From: Rikenellaceae bacterium
GTDB taxonomy: Bacteria; Bacteroidota; Bacteroidia; Bacteroidales; UBA932
DNA: 64,000 nt
Reading direction: 5' to 3'
Assembly (NCBI GenBank): GCA_900769905.1
Contig: CAAGIL010000170.1
Coordinates: forward strand, 10,542 to 74,541
Made by a program: the position numbers and the translations under genes. The stretch's first letter is position 1, and every line of letters starts with the position of its first letter. This document shows positions 10,077 through 18,661 of this stretch, piece after piece. Under the pieces are notes generated by a model. That model did no database searches. It was not told the origin of the DNA and was given only the letters and a program-made list of their open reading frames with translations.

Positions 10077-11147
10077 CTAAACCTCTACCTCAATTGTTTC
10101 CTCGGAATCAAACCAGGAGTCCACGCCTTCACTGTCGCCCTCCGAAACGAATGAGCCTTTCCCGATAACCAGTGTCACTGGAATATCTAGCGTCGCTTGT
10201 TCCTTTGTTATCTTGTATCCTCTCCCATTCTGGGCCGGAGACATCAGCCCGGCTGAGACAATCAGGTCGTAAAGGTTGATTGCCGGGTACAGATATTTCG
10301 TTTTCTCTCCATAGCTCGCGCTTACTCTCAGGCGCAAAATCCCGCTTCCGAAATACAACTTGGATGATTCAGGAGGGAATATGCCCAAAATGTTGAAAGA
10401 AGCCGAATAAGTGGAGTCGTCAGGGTCGGACGATGCAGACATCGGAAAAATAACCCTCCCGAGGTCTTTCTGCTCTACCGTTCCGGCAAACAGTGATACC
10501 GATGATGGAATCCCGGAAAGTTCTCCCACCACCTCATTCAGAGTTACCCCTTCTTCCGTGAGTATATTTACCCTTAAGTTCAGATTGAGAACAAGAGAAG
10601 TCAAGTTGATTGTAAAATCATTCGCGACAGTGTCGGATACCTGACATTTGCCCAAAGCAAAACAGAATGCTTCCGGCTGGCGGAGATAAGGAATGTCCGT
10701 GTTGAAGTCCTTTGCTCCCTGAGGCATCAATGGAGACAGTTCTTCTTCGGAGAGTTTGAGCAGACCGGCGCTGAAATCCTCCAGCGGGATATCGGATTCC
10801 GAAATGAAATCCGATGGCCAATCTATTTTCACGGCATCATCATCGCAGGTGAAGGCAAGGAAGATATAATTGCCGAATTTGACAATATGTTCTTCTGTCG
10901 TGCCGGAATAGAATTCGCCCTTAGGATTGAGCCTGTAGCCGTATTTTACGGGTTCCTCCTCAGTATCCGTGGTATTCACGGCATTCATTGCAACATATAC
11001 CGTATCCTGAGGGGAGACCCCTTCAGGCCATTCCACAGAAAAAGATATGCTGGCGGATTCCGGACTGTCCTCTGGAACAATCCTTGGTTCGAGCATCACA
11101 CAGGAAACCAGGCAGGCTGCAAACGATATCAGGGTAAATTTTTTCAT
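10077..11147 (-). CDS. FimB/Mfa2-like fimbrial anchor or accessory lipoprotein
   Basis: The start is taken at the internal ATG (MKKFTLISFAACLVSC, lipobox). The 63-codon upstream extension in the track has no signal peptide and overlaps the upstream gene. The ATG overlaps the upstream TGA (ATGA). Size and position are those of an Mfa2-type subunit. Confidence 0.55.
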   Translation of the reverse strand: MKKFTLISFAACLVSCVMLEPRIVPEDSPESASISFSVEWPEGVSPQDTVYVAMNAVNTTDTEEEPVKYGYRLNPKGEFYSGTTEEHIVKFGNYIFLAFTCDDDAVKIDWPSDFISESDIPLEDFSAGLLKLSEEELSPLMPQGAKDFNTDIPYLRQPEAFCFALGKCQVSDTVANDFTINLTSLVLNLNLRVNILTEEGVTLNEVVGELSGIPSSVSLFAGTVEQKDLGRVIFPMSASSDPDDSTYSASFNILGIFPPESSKLYFGSGILRLRVSASYGEKTKYLYPAINLYDLIVSAGLMSPAQNGRGYKITKEQATLDIPVTLVIGKGSFVSEGDSEGVDSWFDSEETIEVEV

Positions 11148-11943
11148 AGTGCAGCCTCCTGTTCTTTCTTCTTTTCCTTTGCGGCTGCGCGTGCGGCTTC
11201 CTTTGCGGCTGCCCGCTCCCGCCGTCTGGCTACCCTTTCCGGATCTTCCTTCTTGTATTTGTCTTTGATGGACAAGGTTCTGAACACGAAACTTGCCCTC
11301 AACTCCGACAATATGGGATATGGAATCACGCGCCAATGCCCGGAGTCATTCGGAAGAATGACATAATCGGTCTCGGTGCTGTTCATCCGGTAGCAGTCGT
11401 AGCGGCTTACTCCGTAGCCGAGAGAGGCTCCAATTTCGAAGTCAATGCAGAATTTTTTGAAGGTGTAGAGCGGAAAATCGTAGCCGTATGAGGCTCCTAT
11501 TCCGAACAGGAGTCCCTGGCGGCCCGTTGGGGACATCTTTACTGAGAATGAACCTCCGTGCAGGTAGCCTCCAACATAAAAGGCCCCGTTGGAAAAGAAC
11601 TTTATCGGCGATTCCTTCTGCCGGTACCACCATCGGCATTCGGATCTGAATTCCAGAAGATTGAACACTGTCACAGGAGCAAGAGTGTGCCAGGTGTCCG
11701 GATTGTATTTTGCTGAAAGGGAAAGAGTCAGACGGTTGTACGGAGAGTCCGTCAAATCATACTCTGCACCAATGTTGGGAATTGTGCAAAGCAGCTCTAA
11801 CGCATTGATTTTTAGGCCGAGTCTCCCCCCCCTATCGGATTGGCAGAGGTGGGCGCTTGAGCCATCAATGCGTCAGTACCGGATGCCAAAACAACAAAAA
11901 AAATCAAGACATCCGTTAGTGCGTGCCTGACAATATGAGTCAT
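11144..11943 (-). pseudogene. DUF3575-family OM protein (copy 1), out of frame at a G8 tract and possibly phase-variable
   Basis: The DUF3575 body at 11144..11755 has no ATG and no signal peptide. A 43-codon ORF at 11812..11943 encodes a good signal peptide (MTHIVRHALTDVLIFFVVLASGTDALMAQAP...). It runs into GGGGGGGG at 11825..11832 and is in the -1 frame relative to the body. One extra G would fuse the two frames. Confidence 0.55.
11825..11832. repeat. Homopolymeric C8 tract (G8 on the coding strand), the only such tract in the window
   Basis: Seen directly in the sequence. It lies in the 5' coding region of the first pilus-operon gene. An A8/T8 tract at 11896..11903 lies in the same signal-peptide coding region. 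Confidence 0.9.
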
Positions 11944-11970
11944 AGATGTTTAGAATAATCTTCAGCCTGG

Positions 11971-11978
11971 CAAATATA
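11971..11978 (-). promoter_or_regulatory. Candidate Bacteroidetes -7 element (TATATTTG) for the pilus operon
   Basis: The minus strand reads TATATTTG 27 nt upstream of the 11943 ATG. It lies just downstream of the GH3 terminator. Confidence 0.35.
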
Positions 11979-12041
11979 GCGAATTCTTCGTTAAAATAAA
12001 ACGATTGTAAACTGATTTTCCAAGCCAAACTCACAGGCACG

Positions 12042-12088
12042 AAAAAAAGAGGATGCATTCCGGGTCTCATGACGGGAATGCATCCTCA
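12042..12088 (-). terminator. Rho-independent terminator of the PUL operon (after GH3)
   Basis: On the minus strand, GAGGATGCATTCC-loop-GGAATGCATCCTC is followed by a T7 run. Confidence 0.65.
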
Positions 12089-12110
12089 GGTAGATTATCC
12101 CTGGTGGGGA

Positions 12111-14411
12111 TTATTTGTTGAAGCTGATTGCGCTTACCTTACGGCTTGAACCTTTGACATTTGCGTCTGCGCTGAGCCTGATGTCGCGGGAAGAGGAGCC
12201 TACAAGGAACTTGTAGCTGCCTTCCTCAACTACCCAGGCGTTGGCAGCCTCATCGAAGGAGGCGAGATCGCTGTTGCTGAGTTTCAGGCTTACGGTCTGG
12301 GTTTCGCCAGGCTTCAGCTCTCCGGTCTTTGCGAAGGCCTTGAGCTCCTTGGCAGGCTTGTCAAGCTTTGAAGCAGGGGCAGCCACATAGAGCTGAACCA
12401 CTTCCTTGCCGGCAACTGCTCCGGTATTCTTGACCTCGACACTCACTGTGGTCTCGGTCTTGCCGACATTCACGACAGGATTGCTGTACTCGAAGCTGGT
12501 GTAGGAGAGGCCGTAACCGAACGGGTAGGACACTTCCATATTCTGCTTGTCGAACCAGCGGTAGCCCACATAGATGCCTTCCTCATATTCGGTGTAATCC
12601 ACATTCCTCTGGGCCTCGCCGCCTTCCTTTCCGAACATTCCGAACTCGAGATCAACAGGGAAGTTCTTAGAAGAAGCGTGGTCGCTGTAGTTGACAGGGA
12701 AGGTCATTGAGAGCCTGCCTGAAGGGTTTGCAACGCCTCTGAGCACATCAGTTACGCTGTTGCCACCTTCCTGGCCTGCCTGCCAAGCGCAGAGCACTGC
12801 GTCCGGAAGGTTCTTCCAGGATGCGGTCTCGATGACTCCGCCAATGTTCAGGAGCACTACAACCTTCTTGCCTGCGGCGTGGAAAGCGTCGCACACGCTC
12901 TTGATGAGCCCGTACTCGTTTGCGCTGAGGGAGAAGTCTGCAACTTTCCTGTCAAGGAATTCGCCGGAAGTGCGTCCTATGGTGATGATGGCTACGTCAT
13001 TGGCTGCCACGCTGCGTGCAAGTGTCTTTGCGTCAGGAATGAACTCGCCCGGACGCTGCTTAGGAGCAAACATTGCGACAGGGTCGTCTCCGGTAGCTTT
13101 GTTGAGCTTCGCGGTCTCTTCCTCAATATAGCTCAGATAACGCTTTGCAAGTGTCTGGTCTGCCACGTAGCCTGCATTGGAAAGTCCGTCGAGCAGGGAC
13201 ACGGTGTATGCGCGGTTCACGTTTCCGGAACCGGTACCGCCGGCGATGAAATCGTAGGAGGTGGTGCCGAAAAGGGCAACATTCCTGATATCAGCTGTGA
13301 GCGGAAGTACGCCCTTGTTCTCGAGGAGCACCATACCCTCGACAGCGGACTGCCTTGTCACCTCGGCGTGAGCCTTGAGGTCAGGCTTGTTGCTGTACTC
13401 GTAACCCTTGAAATGAGGGGATTTGAGTATGAGCTCGAGCACTCTCTTGACGTTCCTGTCAAGCACTTTCTCGGACAGGCGGCCTTCCTTGACTCCGTTC
13501 ACGATGTCTTCGAACTGGCCTGCGCGTCCCGGCTGGAGCATATCGTTGCCTGCTTCCATCTGGGCCACAGCGTCCTGCCCGCCGAACCAGTCGGTCATCA
13601 CCATTCCCTTGAAGCCCCATTCGTCACGGAGCATCGTGGTCTGGAGATCCTTGCTCTCGGAGGTGTACACTCCGTTTACATAGTTGTAGGAAGACATTAC
13701 GGTCCAAGGCTCGGATTCCTTGACTGCAATCTCGAAGCCTTTGAGGTAGATCTCACGCAGGGCGCGAGGGCTCACGCGGGCGTCGTTCTTCATACGGTTG
13801 GTCTCCTGGTTGTTGACAGCATAATGCTTGATGGAGGTACCGACACCGTTGCTCTGGATACCCTTTACATAGGCGGCGGCAATCTTACCGCTCACGAGCG
13901 GATCCTCGGAGTAGTATTCGAAATTGCGGCCGCAGAGCGGGTTGCGGTGGATGTTTAGAGCAGGTGCGAGGAGCACATCAGCGCCGTACTCGAGAACCTC
14001 CTCTCCGATAGAATTGCCCACGCTCTCCACGAGCTCGGTGTTCCAGGTGGAAGCGAGCAGAGTGCCGATAGGGAAGTGGGTGCAATAGTAGGTGTTGGAA
14101 TCACCCTCCCTGAGCGGGTCAATGCGCAGACCGGCAGGACCGTCAGCGAGGACGATTGCAGGTATGCCCAGACGCGGGATAGGGTAGGTGGTGCCGGCAG
14201 CACCGGGCACGAGATTGCGGGTAGCACCGATAACCGGGGCGTCACCGTCGAATCCGGCCATTCCGGTGCCTATCACAAGATGAGCTTTTTCCTCCAGCGT
14301 CATCGCGGCAATCACCTTGTCCAGGGATGCTTCTCCGAGCTGAGGCTCACCTTTTGGCCCGCAGGAAACGAGCAAGGCAGCGGCGGATGTCAAAATCAGT
14401 AATTTTTTCAT
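12111..14411 (-). CDS. Glycoside hydrolase family 3 (beta-glucosidase/beta-xylosidase type) lipoprotein
   Basis: The 766-aa product has lipobox LVSC. The GH3 N-terminal (GPAGLRI..., KHYAVNNQE) and C-terminal domains and an FnIII-like tail are recognisable. Confidence 0.9.
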   Translation of the reverse strand: MKKLLILTSAAALLVSCGPKGEPQLGEASLDKVIAAMTLEEKAHLVIGTGMAGFDGDAPVIGATRNLVPGAAGTTYPIPRLGIPAIVLADGPAGLRIDPLREGDSNTYYCTHFPIGTLLASTWNTELVESVGNSIGEEVLEYGADVLLAPALNIHRNPLCGRNFEYYSEDPLVSGKIAAAYVKGIQSNGVGTSIKHYAVNNQETNRMKNDARVSPRALREIYLKGFEIAVKESEPWTVMSSYNYVNGVYTSESKDLQTTMLRDEWGFKGMVMTDWFGGQDAVAQMEAGNDMLQPGRAGQFEDIVNGVKEGRLSEKVLDRNVKRVLELILKSPHFKGYEYSNKPDLKAHAEVTRQSAVEGMVLLENKGVLPLTADIRNVALFGTTSYDFIAGGTGSGNVNRAYTVSLLDGLSNAGYVADQTLAKRYLSYIEEETAKLNKATGDDPVAMFAPKQRPGEFIPDAKTLARSVAANDVAIITIGRTSGEFLDRKVADFSLSANEYGLIKSVCDAFHAAGKKVVVLLNIGGVIETASWKNLPDAVLCAWQAGQEGGNSVTDVLRGVANPSGRLSMTFPVNYSDHASSKNFPVDLEFGMFGKEGGEAQRNVDYTEYEEGIYVGYRWFDKQNMEVSYPFGYGLSYTSFEYSNPVVNVGKTETTVSVEVKNTGAVAGKEVVQLYVAAPASKLDKPAKELKAFAKTGELKPGETQTVSLKLSNSDLASFDEAANAWVVEEGSYKFLVGSSSRDIRLSADANVKGSSRKVSAISFNK

Positions 14412-14417
14412 TTCTTG

Positions 14418-15635
<1,218 letters not shown>

Positions 15636-17063
15636 TTATTCAAGCGAACCTACGAATTTAGCATTGACGGTCGAACTTTCAAGAGCTATAGTGTAAATTC
15701 CGTCCTCGACTGATACGACAAGCTTGCCGTCGAGCACCTTCTCTGCGGATGTTGCTCCATCTTCCACTGTCCACCAGCAGGTGCCCCAGTCGTATACCTT
15801 CGTACCCCACATCTCAGTGTCGTATCCTATTCCGAATTCGCCTTCTCCAACGACTCCTCCGGTTGTGCAGGCGGTGTAAGTGCCGGCTGAGAGGGTGCCG
15901 TCAGCGCTGTAAACGTCCAGTGCGAGGTAGTTTCCGGTGCCGAAGTAGGTGGTCTGGTATGTGTCAGTGTTGAATTCGGAAGTAACCCCGTCCGTTGCGA
16001 GCTGCAGTGAAAGCAGGCCCGCGTTATAAGGGTTGACGGAAAGCACTTTCGTGAGCTCCTTGTACTTGATTTCACCGGCGGAACCGGGATCGGTGAGAGC
16101 AGGGATTTCGCCCGTGAATGTGGTCCAGAGCATCTCCTTGCCTTCTCCGCTCTTGAGTTCGATGGTCCACTTGTTGCCGTCGCGGCTGACAACAACCTCT
16201 CCGGAGAGGACCTTCTGTGCGCTGGTCTTGCCGTCGGCAACGGTCCAGAGGCAGGTGCCCCAGTCTTTCATTTCCATAGGGCCCCATCCGAAATCTACGG
16301 TAGTGTCATATCCAATTCCGAACTCACCTTCGCCAACGACTCCTCCGACTGCACAGGCAGTGTAGGTGCCTTCGTGGAGATATCCGTCAGGGCTGTAGAG
16401 GTCAAGGGCGAGATAGTAGCCTTCACCATACCAGGTCGTGCTCCAGTCCGGATTCATAACTGAAGAGATGCCGTCCTGGGCAAGCTGCATTGAAACTATG
16501 CCCGGATTTGCATTTGCAGAAAGCACGTTCACGAGCTTTATAGGTTCCGGGTCAGGTTCGTAAAGGAGTTCCACTGAAGCGTTGAGCTTTACTATGCCTC
16601 CTTCCTTGAGCCAGATCGGGCCGTTGATGGTGTAGTGCAGACCGTCCCCGGTCTCAACTGAAATGCCGCCGTGGTCAAGCTCCTTGGTCTCGGCCTTGCC
16701 GCCGCTGATTCTGGTGTAGCTTGAGCCTTCAGCTCCCGTCATATAGAAACCTTTCTTTATTTCTCCGGCAGGAGCAGCAGTATAGGTGGCATTCTCAAGG
16801 AAGTACTTGTTGCCAACGAACTTGAGCGTGAGCACGGAACCGTCTCCGCTATAATTGCCTTCGCTGCCGCTGACTCCTTCCGTGGCAATTTCCACGACGA
16901 AGCAACGTACTCCGTCATATTTCCGGACTTCGCTGGACAGGAGCTTGCTCATTTCAAGCTGCTCGGGTTTCTCGTATATGTCCTGAAGAGGATCTATTGC
17001 CTCTTTGGCGCAGGAAGCGGACAGAAGTACGGCCGCTGCCATCATCAAATATCTGAATTTCAT
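15636..17063 (-). CDS. Surface lipoprotein with two tandem repeat domains (SusE/F-like surface glycan-binding protein candidate)
   Basis: Lipobox LSASC. It sits immediately downstream of SusD. An internal duplication (GVVGEGEFGIGYDT...DWGTCLWTV twice) is visible at both protein and DNA level. Confidence 0.6.
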   Translation of the reverse strand: MKFRYLMMAAAVLLSASCAKEAIDPLQDIYEKPEQLEMSKLLSSEVRKYDGVRCFVVEIATEGVSGSEGNYSGDGSVLTLKFVGNKYFLENATYTAAPAGEIKKGFYMTGAEGSSYTRISGGKAETKELDHGGISVETGDGLHYTINGPIWLKEGGIVKLNASVELLYEPDPEPIKLVNVLSANANPGIVSMQLAQDGISSVMNPDWSTTWYGEGYYLALDLYSPDGYLHEGTYTACAVGGVVGEGEFGIGYDTTVDFGWGPMEMKDWGTCLWTVADGKTSAQKVLSGEVVVSRDGNKWTIELKSGEGKEMLWTTFTGEIPALTDPGSAGEIKYKELTKVLSVNPYNAGLLSLQLATDGVTSEFNTDTYQTTYFGTGNYLALDVYSADGTLSAGTYTACTTGGVVGEGEFGIGYDTEMWGTKVYDWGTCWWTVEDGATSAEKVLDGKLVVSVEDGIYTIALESSTVNAKFVGSLE

Positions 17064-17080
17064 ACTTTCAATTTATTAAA

Positions 17081-18643
17081 TTATTCCCATCCTTCGTTTT
17101 GCTTGATGTTAGGGTTGAGTCGTATCTCGACACCAGGATAAGGAAGCCTGTTATGCCTAGGTTTGAATCCGTACTTGGAAGTATCATCTCCGTTGTACTT
17201 GGTGTAGCTGACGTTACCGTTGGATTCGAGGGCAGGGCACCTGGAACCGTTGTCCTTCATCCTGGCCTCTGCCTCACCCCAGCGCAGGAGGTCCTGGAAG
17301 CGGAGGCTCTCGCCGCAAAGCTCGATACGCTTCTCCGTCTTGATGTCTTCCAGGGTGACACTGCCTACGGCAGGAGCCTTAGCGCGGGTGCGGATTCTGT
17401 TGAAGTACTCGGTAGCCTTGTCTGCGTTGCCTGCCTGGAGGTGAGCCTCAGCGCCGCAAAGGAGCACTTCCGCAAAACGCATCCAGCGAGGGTTGTTGGT
17501 GTCCATAAAGAAGCTCATACCTGAAACATACTGGCTGAAACGGTCCTTGGTGCCTCTCCACTTCCACATGAAGTATCCTTCGTTGATGATGCTCTGGCCC
17601 ACGTTTACGGAGTGGCCGCGCTCCTTCATCTGCTCGTAGGTCTTGAGGGTGCAGTTGAGACGGTAACCGTTCTCTCCTTCCACCTTCACAAAATCCTCGT
17701 AGAGGCTCTTGGTAGGGTTGAGGAAGCCCCAGCCCGTGTCTGCGAGACCGTCGCCATTGTTCAACGTCATCTTGTCGGTCCTGTAGTGTATCATTACTCC
17801 GGTCAAGTCGAAGTTGTCCCACGCGTTATTGGAGTCGTCGAACTTGATGCTCTCGAAGATGCTCTCGCAATTCTGCTTTGCACTCACGCAGAGTATGTTC
17901 TCGTAGTCGTCATAGAGCTCGTAGAGCTTGCTGCCCACTACGGCATCAAACTGCTCTGCCGCCTGGGCGTACTTGTTCTGCCAGAGGTATGCCTTGCCGA
18001 GTATTGCCTGGGCGAACTGCTTGGTTACCCTCCAGGTCTTGTCGTTCAAGTTGGACTTCTCGGTCAGGCGTCCTGAACTGATTGCTTCGGTGAGGTCGGT
18101 CTCCACGAGGCCCCAGAGTTCTTCGGTGCTTCCATTAGGCTTCTGGTACTCGCTAGGCTCAAGCTCGTGGTCCACAAGAGGCGGATTGCCCCACATTGAG
18201 ATGAGCTCGAAATATGCCCAGGCGCGGAACACCTTTGCCTCCGCCCTTGCGCGCTCCATTATCGGGCTGTCTCCGGTCACGTGTCCAAGGACCACGTTTG
18301 CCTTGTAGATGATCTGATAGTAACTCTCGAACATTCCCTGAAGCATACTCTGATCAGTGCCGAAGGTGAACTCGTTGAGCTGCTCCAGCTGGGCGTTGTC
18401 ATTGCGTCCGCCGCCACCGGCCCAAAAATCGTCGGTAAGCATATTCTTGCCGAGGGTGTAGTTGTAGTTCAGACCTCTCATCTGGAGGTAGCAGGCCACT
18501 ATGGCATTCTCTGCATCCTCGTCGGTCTGGTAGTAGGTCTCGTAGTTGAGAACTCCGTGCTGAGGTATGTCAAGCAGGTGGCTGCAGGAGTTGAGTCCAA
18601 CCAGTGCTGCAGCTGCAAACATTATTATATTACGGATTTTCAT
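17081..18643 (-). CDS. susD: SusD/RagB-family nutrient-binding outer-membrane lipoprotein
   Basis: Lipobox LNSC. TPR-like SusD features are present and it follows the SusC gene. Confidence 0.9.
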   Translation of the reverse strand: MKIRNIIMFAAAALVGLNSCSHLLDIPQHGVLNYETYYQTDEDAENAIVACYLQMRGLNYNYTLGKNMLTDDFWAGGGGRNDNAQLEQLNEFTFGTDQSMLQGMFESYYQIIYKANVVLGHVTGDSPIMERARAEAKVFRAWAYFELISMWGNPPLVDHELEPSEYQKPNGSTEELWGLVETDLTEAISSGRLTEKSNLNDKTWRVTKQFAQAILGKAYLWQNKYAQAAEQFDAVVGSKLYELYDDYENILCVSAKQNCESIFESIKFDDSNNAWDNFDLTGVMIHYRTDKMTLNNGDGLADTGWGFLNPTKSLYEDFVKVEGENGYRLNCTLKTYEQMKERGHSVNVGQSIINEGYFMWKWRGTKDRFSQYVSGMSFFMDTNNPRWMRFAEVLLCGAEAHLQAGNADKATEYFNRIRTRAKAPAVGSVTLEDIKTEKRIELCGESLRFQDLLRWGEAEARMKDNGSRCPALESNGNVSYTKYNGDDTSKYGFKPRHNRLPYPGVEIRLNPNIKQNEGWE

Positions 18644-18661
18644 ATCAGAATCATTTTGAAA

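Noticed and set aside
11148-11336. N-terminal 63-codon extension of the Mfa2-like gene (MARDSISHIVGVEGKF...).
   Set aside because: The extension is a charged, non-signal sequence that overlaps the DUF3575 C-terminus. The internal ATG gives a proper lipoprotein signal with an ATGA overlap.
11589-11930. 113-aa plus-strand ORF across the pilus-operon leader.
   Set aside because: It lies opposite the signal-peptide and G8 region of the minus-strand DUF3575 gene. No motifs were seen.
11873-12070. 65-aa minus-strand ORF (MRPGMHPLFFVPVSLAWK...) upstream of the pilus operon.
   Set aside because: It starts inside the GH3 terminator hairpin and T-run. Its 'signal-peptide-like' start is a by-product of translating the T-tract. 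It is in the same frame as the DUF3575 body but separated by a TGA.
12879-13958. 359-aa plus-strand ORF inside the GH3 gene (with similar long antisense ORFs at 27981..29123, 30587..31423, 32391..33479, 33388..34377, 41195..42196, 47173..47889, 54289..55221, 56316..57512, 57458..58483 and 61144..61902).
   Set aside because: Each lies antisense to a gene with clear family-level identity. Long stop-free antisense frames are expected in GC-rich coding DNA. None has recognisable motifs or a plausible start context.
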